A DNA stretch of 64,000 nt. Source: Rebecca billardiae RCC1528. Its lineage: Eukaryota; Protista; Haptophyta. Made by a program: the position numbers and the translations under genes. Below the pieces are notes generated by a model. That model saw nothing but the letters and a program-made list of their open reading frames with translations, was not told where the DNA came from and did not search any database. Location of the stretch: the NCBI GenBank assembly GCA_965240325.2, contig OZ251226.1, forward strand, positions 2,232,001 through 2,296,000. Direction: 5' to 3'. Below are positions 48,672 through 60,747 of the stretch, in pieces; within the stretch, counting starts at the first letter, position 1, and each line of letters starts with the position of its first letter.

Positions 48672-49263
48672 CGTCGAACCTACCTTTGGCGGGCTACTTC
48701 CATACTTGTACCAGTATCTACGGTACTTACCTACAAGTTACGGCACACCGTTACACGCTGCAGTAAGCCGCGCTCACTGCTGGTACCTGGGACCACCCCA
48801 CAGTGTTGGGCTTGTATGCTGTCGGCAATGGCATACCCCCGCCCCCTCTGGAGGCGGGCTGTCCACAGCGGAGTGGTGTCAAGGCACTTGGTGTATCGGT
48901 CAGTGGTTTGAGGTTGGGTGAGGGTGGTGGTTGGTTGGGGGCTGGCCAGGGTAGGGCTGGAGGCTTCGGCCGCCAGTCTGATCACCCGGAGCCCGTTATA
49001 AAGGGGAATTTACAGTTACTTTACCTTAGAGGGATCCACCTTGCTCCTAGCAATAATGAATGATTGGCCGCTCAGGATTTCATGGGAACCCGTCATCAAT
49101 CAAGCTTCATTCCGCAACGGCAAATTGCTCCGGGCAGCACGTTATAAAGGGGAATTTAAAAAAGCAAGGTGACGATCGGTGACGACGACAGGCGCGGGCG
49201 CGCCCGGCCGGAAGGACGCTACCGGAGCGCTCCGGCTGGCTGTCGCTAGGCGGGCGTGATATC

Positions 49264-50344
49264 ATGCTGTGCGTTGACTCCGTCCACGTCGAACCGCGCG
49301 TGCGCGGGCGCAGCCGCGCCCTCACGCCAGCACGCTCACGCCCACGGGCGTGATCGCTCGCCACCTCTCGCGCACAGGAAGTGGATCGAGCTCTTCGACG
49401 AGTGCGTCAAGACGGATGGATGGGGCCAGCAGATAGAGGCGGCCGAGCTGTACAGAAAGCTGCGACGAGCGCTCGAGCTGCACCCCGTGGAGGGCCCTCA
49501 CGCGGCGCTCCTGGCGGACACATTACTCGCGCTTCGGTTGCGCATCTCTGCGATCGAGGGCCTGCAGGGCTCGCCCGGCCTGACTCTCGACGACGTCCGG
49601 CTTCTCCGGCCGGTTATCGGTGCATTGCAGACACCGGGCGCATCCGCGCTGCCAACGTTTCCTCTCGATCTGACGGCGCACGGTGGCATGCGTTCGAGCG
49701 GTGGTGGTGCAGAGCATGCGCAAGCGCAGCCCTCTAGCGGTGGCCACAGCCAACTGGCGCCGTCGGACATCGAGCCACACGGCGCAGCCGCGGCGCAGCC
49801 GAGCGCACCGGAGCGAGACAGGGGGGAGCCGGCCGCGCCGCGCAAGCTGGTTGAACACAACGGAGAGCCGATCAGCGTGGTGGTTGAGCGCGCCGGCTTC
49901 AAGGACGCCGGTGCCTTCATCGACCCCTTCGTCGTCGTCTCCGTGTACCGCGCCGATGGGACGCTCGACTGGGTGGAGCCGCCGCGCGAGACGGCCCGGT
50001 CGTCGCGCAGGGAGGGCCAGCACATTCTCTTCAACGAGACCGTGCAGCTTCAAACCGACTTGATCGGCGGCTTTCTGGCGGGGGAGCGCAAGTCGATCAT
50101 CTTCGAGTTCAAGCACTTCAAGCCGAGTAAGAACAAGATCTCGACCAAGTGCTGGACCTTCATCGACGTGGGCACGCTCGCGCAGGACCACGACAAGCGC
50201 GAGGTGGCGATGCAGCTCGAGTGGTATCAAAAGCCGACTGACTACAAGCGCAAGCGGCTGCGCCTCCTCACCGTGAAGCCGCTCTTCCTGCACGTGGCCT
50301 TCGTGTTCCAAGCCACGAAGGCCTCAGCACCTGGCCAACACTAG
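49264..50344 (+). CDS. AIDA: Axin interactor, dorsalization-associated (AIDA) protein with C2 domain
   Basis: DGWGQQIEAAELY (Aida N-terminus); IIFEFKHFKPSKNKISTKCW and YQKPTDYKRKRLRLLTVKPLFLH (Aida C2). Probable ATGCT micro-exon 49264-49268, intron 49269-49377. Confidence 0.88.
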
Positions 50345-51069
50345 TCATCGCTACGACTCGCGACTGACCCGAGTCGGGTGGGGCATTCTGTCCGGGGCCG
50401 CCCGCGGGGCGGCCGGCCCAGCCGCCGAGCCTGTGGACCCGGGACCGGGCTCATGCGTGATCCAGTGTTCACTACCGCGGCTCCGCGTCTGAGAGTGAAT
50501 CGCGGCGTGAGCCGACTGAGGATTCTCGGAGTATTTTTCCCGAGTGACCGTTAAAGTTTAGAGAAGTTCCGGCTGTCATTAGCACTCCGCCGCCGGACTG
50601 CCGTGCGCGGTCGGCATCAGTTGAACTCCGAACTCGCCGGAGCACTGCACCGTGACTAGTCGTGAGTGACTGCGCAGGCGCCTGCCGGCGCCGCGGCCGT
50701 CCCGCAGGAGGCCGGCCGCAACAGCCAGTACAGAGTACTACAGAGTCAGAGTAGTTCAGAGTGAGACCCGTGTCTGGGCTCTGGTTGTGGGACTCCCTCA
50801 CGAAGCTGTCGATGTGCCTTCGTACCAGGAACGGGCATTGGCGTGCAAGAGCATCATCCGCTGTGCGGGCGGAAAGCCGGCATGGATGTGGCACGAGTGG
50901 TCGTGGACGCGAGCAAGCGTGGCAGCGTGCCCGTTTTCGGCCCAGTCCGGGTGCTCATCTCTTCGAGTCCTGGATAGTCGTTATGGATATCCTGAATCCT
51001 CAGCCCCTTCGGCTTGGCTCTCCTGCTCTCAGCTCCTTCGGAGGCGCGGGAATTCTTCCGCGTCGTCTG

Positions 51070-51114
51070 GGGAATCTTTGGCACGTGGTGCTTAACCACG
51101 TGCCAAAGATTCCC
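51070..51114. repeat. Perfect 20-bp hairpin with 5-nt loop
   Basis: GGGAATCTTTGGCACGTGGT-GCTTA-ACCACGTGCCAAAGATTCCC. Confidence 0.95.
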
Positions 51115-51652
51115 ACATGGAGTACTCCGCCAGGGCGCGCAAAATATGAAAAGTGATCGCATTCCGCGGCTGAACCCAAACCTGAACCGTGAATAAGGAA
51201 TGCATGACTGAACATGCGGAGCCCCGTCGATCCGCGCATCTTCGCACCTTCTGATGAGCCGCCGCCGGCGCCGGCGGGTCCCGCCGGCGGATTGGGATCG
51301 AAAGCGGCGGGATCCCGCATATAATCGCTGAACGGTGTGGGATTATCGACGAATGTAGTGGTTTTAATCCCCAGCAAGTGCACACAGGGAAAGCCGAGCG
51401 GGCCTTGCTCTGCGGCAAGCGAGGGGCTTCAAAGGGCCAGTTCACCGGCGTGGGTTGGTGAGCCTTGGGTCCGGGGCTGGGATCGATCCGGCAGGTGCAT
51501 CCCACCAACTTTCCCAGTGCACCCAAAGCGCTCACTTTCCACGGCCCCGAGCCGGCGGGCCAGGCCTGGATGCACGCAGGTGCAATCAGTGCCACCGAAG
51601 GTGCCGTCCCTCCTCCTCGTCGTAAGTCCCTCCCCACACACTTTCTGCAATC

Positions 51653-52189
51653 ATGCCTGACCTCGGCGCCATCCACCAGAAGTACGGCCCGATGAGCTAC
51701 AACGATGTACGCAGCCACCGCGCACGCGTTCATCGCCCTTCTACCCCCCCGCGCGCGCGCGCCCTCCCCCCCCCCGCGCACGCGCGCGCTCGCATCGCGC
51801 GCGCGACGCTGACCAGTTTGCGATGCGCGCGCGCCGCCTGATGCCTCCCTCGTGCGCAGGCGCAGAAGTGGTGCCACCGGATCAGCGGCTCGGACCCGTC
51901 GGCCGAGATCATGGAGTGGTCGACGCGGAAGGAGTACCAGCTCCTCAACGATCTCGCGCAGGGCGACGACGTGTGGGTCGGTTTCACTGACTGGGGCCAC
52001 CCGGGCATCTGGGCGGATGGCAAGGGCAAGGGCAAGCCGGAGTACGTCCCGTTTTTCGCCGGCTACGAGGTGCTGCTCGACGCCAACACGCACCCGACCG
52101 CGGACTGCGCCTACTTCGAGGCCGTCTCGTCGGAGGTGAAGCTCGGCGACTGCCTGGACGCGACGAAGTTCTTCTACTGCGACGAGTAA
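51653..52189 (+). CDS. Single-domain C-type lectin-like protein, copy 1 (127 aa)
   Basis: Exons 51653-51706 and 51860-52189; MSYNDAQKWC, VWVG, ADCAYF, GDC..KFFYCDE; four CTLD cysteines. Confidence 0.85.
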
Positions 52190-52567
52190 GTGTATCGCAT
52201 GACTCACGCAGAGGACGACGCGGCACCGACGATGCCGCCCGCGGCCTGCACCGGCCCGGGCGATCTGCTTCGTCAACATGCCCGAGCCCGCGATCCACCT
52301 GTGCGCCGGGGCTGGCCCCGACGATCTGTGGACACGGTGCTGCGGACGAGCCTCGGAGGCATGGCGGCGCCGAATCGCATCCAGTGTGCGTCAGGCCGCA
52401 GATGATCTCGCACCACCGCGGCTCATCAGCGGCGCAGACGACGCCGGGGGCGCATCGGCTGACACTTGCCATCTGTTTTTAATAATGTGCAGACTTAGAT
52501 CTCTTTTTCACCAGCATAGCTAAGCCTCATGGCAGCTGTGAGTTACACAGCGCGCTGAGCCTGAGTA

Positions 52568-54664
52568 CCAGGTGGAGAAGTCATATGCGTGAGTCGGCGG
52601 TCTGACGCCGGCCGCGCCTTAGACCGCTCTACCCGGTCTCCAATTGATTTCAGGGTCAAGTTGTCGAACACACGCAACCGTACGCCCCGCGATTGGGGCT
52701 TATGGTCATTTTTGAGCCTAGACTTCTCAGCGGCTTCTTATGTTGTACCGGTTGGACGCTTGCATTCTTCCCTAATCGTGCCGAATCATCGGCGGAATCT
52801 TGGGGGCCTCCATCATCCGCAAAACGAGTTCGTCCATAGGGCTATTCAGGGTCGGTGTACTAGCTCCTCTCAACGCATTCAGGCTGCGCGGTGTGTTTGC
52901 GCTAACCTGATTGGCCCGAGGAAACCCATGTTTTCAGTTTCACCGCTGTTCTCGCCCTCGCCGCAAGCCGCTCGAGAGTGGGCGGGGCCGCAGCTGAGTC
53001 CGCTGACGAAAGGGCGGCCCGCTGCCGCGGCGCCTCACCGCCAGGCCGCCTGGCACTAGCGTGAGGGTCAAGCCAGTCTGAGCAGCTCAGCTGGGCTGAG
53101 CAGGGCATCTTGCGGCTATGCACCGACGCACGCTTGCTGATGGCTCACGTCTGCACGGCAGCCGCTGACGCGCCGGCGGCGGGAGCCGCCGCAAAGAGGT
53201 CGGCATCGACCGTCACGACTTTGAAGCGGCGGTTGAGCGCACGCTGCTGCTCGAGGTTGCGACCGGGCGGGAAGATGTGCTCGTAGGGGTACTGCATGGC
53301 CAGATTTGTCGTGAACACGCGTGGCATGTCTGCGGGGATCTTGGCATTCGTGTAGCGCGTGTGCACCGATCGCTCGTAGTTGGGGTCGAGCATCTTGATC
53401 ACGGCCTTGGCCGTCATGTGCGTGAAATCCATGTCGTCGAAGACGATACCGTCGTTGCGAGCCGTCAAATCCTTCAGGTCATCCATCTCGGACACGAGAA
53501 GAGGGTTCTCGAAGTGCGACAGCCCGAACTCCGTCTTGCCGTGGCCGGATCCACCTGCGAGCACGACAGCCATCCCATCAGAGAGGTCGAGCGGCAGTCG
53601 CGCAAACGAGCTCATGGCGAAGCGCGGCGTGACGCCGCTGCCGTGTCGGTGGCGGATCATGGCGAGCACGGCATGGCCGTAGCGGTAGTAGATCGACGGG
53701 TGCTCGCACTGCAAGATGTCCGCTGCCTCGTCTGCAGACTGTGCTGCGTGCAGCGCGCGCGCCCAGTCGACGCCGCACACGTGCTCTGGAATGGTTGCCC
53801 AGTTGGCGCTGATGATGAAGTTGGACGGCCCCTCCTTCTGGCAGTAGTGGATGCACTTCGCCAGGTCACGCTTCGTCGGGCCCATCGGCTCGTGGTACGC
53901 TCGCAGCGTGCCCCAGCCCTGGAGGGGGAGGTCAAAGGCTGTGACCAGGCAGTCCGTCTTCATCTCCGATCCGATGACGGCGTGGAAGTGCCAAGCGCGG
54001 CTGAGTATTGTGCGGCGGGCTTGCGGCGGGCGGGGTACGGAAGGCCAATAGTGGCGTCGAGGGTGCCGTCTCTAGTGAATGATATGTGCCCGCCGGCCGC
54101 CGGCGTAACTAAGTAGGGACTAGCACTTCTTGACTTGGCGGAGTGGCGGACACATACAGCTTGATGCTATTGCTACTTGCATGATTATGGCCGGTCTGCC
54201 GTCGAGCGAGCGTGCGCAACTAAACTGCATAGGTAGCTCACCCACCGCCGGCCCGCCACAGACTGTACCGTACCCCACCGACAAAACCGCTTCGCCGCCC
54301 GCCCCAACAGCGCGCGCGCCGTGGAACGGCATCCATGACCTTTTGGTTCGGAACGAGCGGACCAGAATGGAATCCGTCTCGTCTGGAGAAAGCGCTCGCT
54401 TTCAATCAAAAACTTTCGTCGGATTCGCTTTTGGACGCTCGCTGACGAGGCAGACTATCATGGACCCAAGAGGGCTTGTGGGCGCTCAGGATTCAGATAG
54501 TATGACTGCGTACCCAAGATCTTGCGTGTGCGTATGTCCGAAAAGGACATGGTTCACGTGTTCAGTAATCACCCACCCGCGTGTCCTTAAGTGAAAGGCG
54601 GCCCCCCGGATGGTGTTTCCCTAAAGCGCGGCTGCCGGTTCAGGCAGGGCGTGCGGCCACCTGG
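52568..54664. mobile_element. ~2.1-kb TIR-bounded element with TA flanks, carrying a CRESS-type Rep
   Basis: Left TA|CCAGGTGG (52566-52575), right CCACCTGG|TA (54657-54666), plus imperfect subterminal inverted similarity (GTCTGACGCCGGCCGCGCCTTAG vs GCCTGAACCGGCAGCCGCGCTTTAG). Confidence 0.55.
53145..54002 (-). CDS. rep: CRESS DNA virus-like replication initiator Rep (HUH endonuclease + SF3 helicase), 5' end unresolved
   Basis: RCR motif II WHFHA (53979-53993, in frame upstream of the listed ATG), motif III YCQKEG, Walker A GGSGHGKT, Walker B IVFDDM, motif C VFTTN, Arg finger ALNRRF. In-frame stop at 54072-54074; motif I not found. Confidence 0.9.
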   Translation of the reverse strand, partial: SRAWHFHAVIGSEMKTDCLVTAFDLPLQGWGTLRAYHEPMGPTKRDLAKCIHYCQKEGPSNFIISANWATIPEHVCGVDWARALHAAQSADEAADILQCEHPSIYYRYGHAVLAMIRHRHGSGVTPRFAMSSFARLPLDLSDGMAVVLAGGSGHGKTEFGLSHFENPLLVSEMDDLKDLTARNDGIVFDDMDFTHMTAKAVIKMLDPNYERSVHTRYTNAKIPADMPRVFTTNLAMQYPYEHIFPPGRNLEQQRALNRRFKVVTVDADLFAAAPAAGASAAAVQT

Positions 54665-57041
54665 TAGTAATGGCCTACTGAGTACTGAGTCTGAGTACTG
54701 GCTACTCTACATCGGCATTTGTGGCAGTTGTCTGCGGCCAGCCACACAGCACACTCACAGCCGGCCGGGACCGTCACACCGACTGGCCGGCGGCGCCGTG
54801 AAGCCGAGCCACGCCGCTGCCACGCCTGCAGAGTGCAGTCGCTGTTGTTGATCTTACGAGTCTGTAGGCTACTTCGCATTGTTGCCGAGCTGCCCGGTGA
54901 TGCGTCCGGACAGGACTGGATCGGCGATGCGCTCGGCGGAATCGACTGGCTGTGACAGCGCCGCATCATTAGACTCGGCGGCCCGCTGGCGTCCGCGGGC
55001 GCGGGAGACTACTGAGCCAGACGGCCTGCCGCCCCCGCGGCCAGACGGGCCGCCCGCTCGGAGGCGCCCGGGGTCGCCGGGGTCGGGCCGCGGGCGCCGG
55101 CCCGGGCCCGCCGCCGGGCTCGGGGCGTGCGCGCCTCCGCCTTCGACGTCGGCGGCGCCGCCTCGGGCTCGGGCAGAAGAGCTCTGGCTCGGTGAGGCCC
55201 CTCACGCTGTCGTCTGTCCTTCTCGCCGCAGCTGACAATGCGAGTATCCCAACCGCGTGGCATCGGTCCTGATCCAAGTGCTCGGGCAGGCTGCGGGCTG
55301 ATTACGCCCTCATTCACGAGGTGGGCGCCTTGCGACCGAGCGCGTGCCGTGCCGTCCGTGCGCGCGCGCACCACGGTGATGATCGCATGTGTCATCGTGA
55401 GGACCTCCGGTGCGTCAATATCCGTCAGCTAGACAGTACCGTAGTGCTCGTGTTCGGATGCCTCAGCCTGGGGCACCTCCCCTTCGGCTTGGCCTCGCGT
55501 GGAGGTCGGGGCGCCGTCACCCGTGCTGCCATCAATCAGAATCGCCGCCGTCCGTTCGTTTGACTTTTGACAGACAGGCTTGCGCAGTCCCAGTAGTTCG
55601 CGACATACGGTCACTTGCGAGCAGATCCGCCGGGCAGGCGGCGATTGATTGACGTAGTCCAACTCGGCCAGCCGGCTGCATCCGTCACCAATACTCACTA
55701 CTCACAGGCTACGTCTGGCACGCCCGACTGACTCGTCGGCATGCGCCGGTGCTGCGAGGCTGTCTCGTGCACAGATGCGCGCGCGCGAGCGGGGTGACTG
55801 GAATTTGGGGGCGGTGTATCCTCGATGCTCTCGGCAAGCGCACCTGCGCAGTGGCATCGCATCTACCTCAGTACGCGTGCAGTTTGCGGCTGCGTGCGCC
55901 TTGCGCGGCCGTTCTCTGGCCATGGGCGTCACGGCCGAGCGACACCACGCGGTCGGCGCGTGCTGGGAGCAGATGTGGCGTGGCGCACCGCCGTCCATGT
56001 GCGCGGCTGCGCGCTTGTGAGGGCCTGCCCAGCCACCGCGCACCTGGCTGGGCGGCGCGCACGCGCTGCCGCAAACCTCAGCTCGTTGCTGCCCGGCCTG
56101 TGCGGCGTGCTCGTGCGTTCGTCCGCCACACTGCTCGAAGGCTCTCTCTGCCGCTCCATCCCGGCTTGTGCGCCTTTGTCCAGTGCCGTGTCCTGATGCA
56201 AGACATTGCGGCGGCTTTCGCGGCAGCACTCGGCTCGGGCTGGCCCGAGCGCGCGTGTGTGGCCAAAGGCATCATGACTCCATCGCTCTCGGCCGCACTC
56301 TCAGCCCACAAACTGCCCAGGGCAGGCTGCGTCAGGGAGCGACGCGATGCGCGCTGCTCGACAGCCGGCTCTACTGCCGCACGACTTGACGCGCACCACG
56401 GCAGACCCGCGCGGTGGTGCGCGCGTGAGCCTGCTCGAGCTCAACAGAAGTATACTCTCGCCATCCGGCACGGCGAGGAGCCGCATGTGGCCACACGGCA
56501 CGGCTGTCCCGCCGTCACACGCCCGACGCCGTCGGCGGCGAGGGCGGCGAGGCCGGGCACGGCCGACCTCCCCGGTCCTACCGTTTCAGTCCGGGCAGGG
56601 CGAGCTGGAGCTCCAACCAGCGCTCCGGGGCCGACGACGGGGCTTTGTGAGCTCCTTGGCACCCTTTCAGCCCTTTCGCGAAGGCACCCCAATGCAGCGA
56701 CGCAGCACACCTTCGATGCCCTTCCTGGCCAAGAATCTTCTGCCATGATTCCCGCATCCACACAGTCCAGACGCTTGCCGAGTGGACCGTCCGGGTGGGC
56801 CGATCCCGCGGGCGTGAAAGTTGAGCACCGGGTAAGTCTGAGTGAAGTCAAAAGTCAAGGCGTGAATAGGAGGGATGAACGGTGTACAATCATCCCAAGT
56901 TTACAGGCTGCGCAGGCGCTCACTTTCCACGGCCCCGGACGGGCCAGGCTGCGGATGCGCGCCACAGCAATCAGCAAGGTCCGAAGGTGCCGTCCCTCCT
57001 CCTCGTCGTAAGTCCCTCCTCCCCACACACTTTCTGCAACC

Positions 57042-57553
57042 ATGCCTGATCAGGGTGCCATCTTCCAGAAGTACGGCCCGATGAACTACAACGACGTACG
57101 CAGCAACCGCGCGCGACCACGCGCGCGCGCATGCGCCCACCCTCCCCCGTCCCCTCGCAGCGTGCCGCGCGCTGACCGACCGCGCGATTCGCGCCGCGCC
57201 CCGCCCGACGCCCGGCTCGCGCGCAGGCACAGAAGTGGTGCCACGAGGTCAGCGGCTCGGACGAGGGTGCGAAGATCACGGAGTGGGACTCGCGGAAGAA
57301 CTACCAGCTCCTCTTCGATCTCGCCGGCGGCGACGACATCTGGGCGGGCTTCTCGGACTTCGGGCACCCGGGCAAGTGGAAGGACGGCACGGGCCAGGGC
57401 AAGCCGCAGTTCGTCCCGTGGAAGGCCGGCCAGGAGATCCTGCTGGACGCCAACGTCCACCCGACCGCCGACTGCGCCTTCTTCGAGGCCGCCTCCTCGG
57501 ACGTCATGCTCGGTGACTGCACGGAGGAGAAGTTCTTCTTCTGCGACGAGTAA
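57042..57553 (+). CDS. Single-domain C-type lectin-like protein, copy 2 (126 aa)
   Basis: Exons 57042-57095 and 57227-57553; same intron position and motifs as copy 1. Confidence 0.85.
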
Positions 57554-60233
57554 GCCGTGCGTTTGCCGATTGTGCAGAAGGCGCGGCGGCACCGGCGATG
57601 CCGCTCGCGGCCTGCTCCGACCTGGGCTACATGCAGCTGCCTGCCTCGTGTCCATGCTCGAACTCGCCTCTCGCGTGCGCTGCTTGCCCGCCCTACGAGC
57701 TGCCCCGACCCGACGGCGATCAGCGCTGCTGGCGCGCCCGCACTCACCGCGGCCGCGACGCGCGCTCGCAGCTCTGTGGGCGTGGCTACCGGCGTGCAGT
57801 GCCTCGCAGCAGCGGCGGCAGCAAGCGCAGCACGTGCTCGGCTCGGAGCAGCACCGACGGCGGCGTGAGCGGTGCCTCGCCGGCTCGGTCAGAGCGTTGT
57901 AAGTAATCAGAATATTGCCTTTGACCTTAATCAGTAGCAATAATTCGCGCGTTTATTCCTCAGCGTTAATTATTTGCTGTTATTTGTTATGATAATATTT
58001 TTTATCAGCCATGAAATGGAGGGAATCCCGGACGACCCCATTCGGGCTTCTCAAGATCCCGCCAATAAGCTTCCAGCGATCCTGATAGGCGGCTTTGTCC
58101 AGGGATTCAAGTCAGAAGGTTCCCCGCCGGCGGATCCGCCGAAAAGTTTATGGCCGCCGGCGAATTTTTCAGATACTTCTGGAAGGATTGTTCATATCAA
58201 ATCCCCATCAAACTTGGAAGACTCATAGCAAATCCGTTTAAACCTCCAAGGGGTGGGATCTCATCCAATAGTCGCTCGTACCTCAACCACTCATTCGGAT
58301 ATCGCGCTCACAGTTCATCAGTGAACACACATGATTCATCAAACTACTCACATAAACCACCATCATAATACGACGATTCCCCAATAACAAACCTCGCGTC
58401 CTCGGACGCCGGTCCACGCCAAAGCGTGCGCGTTCGCGGCGAGACTGTCAGTCTCGCCGCCCCGGCCGCCCCGGTCGCTTGTGTCGGTGTGGTCTGCAAT
58501 GGCGTACCGGGGAGCACACGCCGCCTCGAACCGACTCCTTCCGTCGTTTCTGCCTGGATGCGCGCGAAATAGCGACGGGCATCGCAACGCGCAGCTCACC
58601 GATGCTGAATGGTCGCGAGCCAGAGCGTACAGCTGACGTGCCGGGTGGAGTACACCACAGTGGCAACCTGACTGCACATCGAGCCGGGTGTGCAGCTTGC
58701 GTGCCCCTCGGAGGACCCAGGCCCTGCGGCAGCGCAGGTCGCCCTCCTCGGCGTTGCCAGTGTAGCGGCCTCCTTTGTCAGTGCAGAGGCCAGTGCAGCG
58801 GCCGCCTGTGTCTAGGCCTGGGCTCTGCGCTTTGCTGCGCTGGCCGCGCGAGATCTCAGGAAGCAGCGCCAGGCGACCTGCTAGCCTGTGAAAGCTGAGC
58901 GCACCTAACGGTGGTGCGCCCAGCGACGGCTACTCCTGGCACGCTTGGTGACTGGTGAGTGCTCCCCGAGTAGCAAAGCGTCGTGGCCTGAAAAATCTCC
59001 ACAGCAGCCTTGCGCAGAAGGGATCTAGTGAGTGCTTGCCGCGGCGATGCAGACGGCTGCCTTTGCTCGATCACACCGGGTGTATCTGAGACAAGCCGCG
59101 ATCATGGCCTCGTCCTGGCGGAAGGTTTGCGGACGGAAAGGGAGCCGGTGAGGAGCCAGATGGCTGACTTCACTATGACGGCTCCGCCAAGACCGTGTGT
59201 GGGCCGGTACAGTGCTACAGGCCAGCGGCGCCACGGGGCACTCGGCTGCGTGCATCTGGATCAGCCTCTTGCGGCGCAGGCACGGTAGCCAGCGCTCGTC
59301 AGACCGTCTGACTCATCGTCAAAGCCTGGCAAGTCTGACGGCGGACGCAGAAGGCGCGCCGCCACGACATCAACTAAGACGGCTCAATTAGTCAATAAGC
59401 GGTGATAGAAGGCGGCCGTCGGTCCAAAACGGCTAGCCAGAGTGCGTGACTTGTGTCGCGGCGTTCTTTCCGGTCGGCCTGGTGGCTGATCCGGCAGTGT
59501 TGCCGAGCGGGGTCCCGCCGAATGATGAGTGTGCCCGCTGACTACTCGGCGACGGCTGATCTGACGGTACGGGGGGCCCGCGTACGGGCTCTGGACGGCT
59601 CGGTCATTTACATTGACTTGCCCTAGCAATCATCTGCAGCTCACTTTCAGCAGGCGGAACTGGACGCACGGATACTTAGTTGTATGCGCTATCATAATCC
59701 AGGACGAGCTACGGCGATGCGCACGGTCTGACCTCTCACCGACCGGCAACCGACCGGCAAGCCGCGTGACGGTCGCGGCCGCCGCACACGGATAGCGCGA
59801 GGACGGGTGGCACCAAGGTATCCATGGGCAGAGAGGTGAAAGCATTCACCAGTTGGTGCATGCGTTTAAGCCTCAGGAGCCCCCGAGCGGCCCGGCTGAC
59901 CTCTATACCGCTTGCAAGGCCGCGAGCTCGCCGCCTGGCGTCGCCATTTTTGACATGACGCTTGCGCTCTCAAATATCGTCCGCATCGTCGTTGTACCGC
60001 GATGGCGGGCAGAAAGCCAGAAACGGCTGCGACTGTAATCTAATGGCGCGTTTTCATCGTTTTTGTAACAGCTAATTCCCCGGACCTCGCGAATTTCATC
60101 GCTCAACTTTCCACGGCCAGTGCCGTGGTCGACGAGGCCAGGAAAAACTGTGCGAGCGCCGTGCAGCTGCAATCAAAGCAGGGGCCGTCCCTCCACCTCC
60201 TCGTCCCGCAGACCCTCCGTCCTCGCAGCCACC

Positions 60234-60747
60234 ATGGGAGATCAGGGTGCCATCTTCCAGAAGTACGGCCCGATGGACTACAACGCGGTACGCAGCACGC
60301 GTGCGCGGTGACACCCGCTCGCGCGCGCCCTCCATACCCTGTGCCCACCCAGTGCATTCGGCGCTAACCGAAACGCGGATTCTCGCGCCGCGCCCCGCCC
60401 GATCCCCATCTCGCGCGCAGGCACAGAAGTGGTGCCACGAGGTCAGCGGCTCGGACAAGGGGGCGAAGATCACGGAGTGGGACTCGAGGAAGAACTACCA
60501 GCTCCTCTTCGATCTTGCGGGCGGCGATGACATCTGGGCGGGCTTCTCGGATTTCGGGCACCCGGGCATCTGGAAGGACGGCTCGGGCGCCGGCAAGCCG
60601 AAGTTTGTCCCGTGGAAGGCCGGTCAGGAGATCCTGCTGGACGCCAACGTCCACCCGACCGCCGACTGCGCCTACTTCGAGGTCGCCTCCTCGGACGTCA
60701 TGCTCGGCGACTGCACGGAGGAGAAGTTCTTCTTCTGCGACGAGTAG
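60234..60747 (+). CDS. Single-domain C-type lectin-like protein, copy 3 (126 aa)
   Basis: Exons 60234-60287 and 60421-60747; exon 2 nearly identical to copy 2. Confidence 0.85.

Noticed and set aside
48993-49158. 18-bp direct repeat CGTTATAAAGGGGAATTT (two copies)
   Set aside because: Real, but too short to assign to an element or function.
51070-51114. Hairpin as the CRESS origin of replication
   Set aside because: 5-nt loop without a NANTATTAC-like nonamer, and outside the TIR-bounded element.
52589-53059. ORF next to Rep as a viral capsid gene
   Set aside because: Short, no ATG start, no capsid-like features.
58380-60040. Fragmentary ORFs between lectin copies (also 55230-56850 and 61300-61800)
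   Set aside because: No recognisable motifs or consistent frame; probably decayed TE or gene debris.
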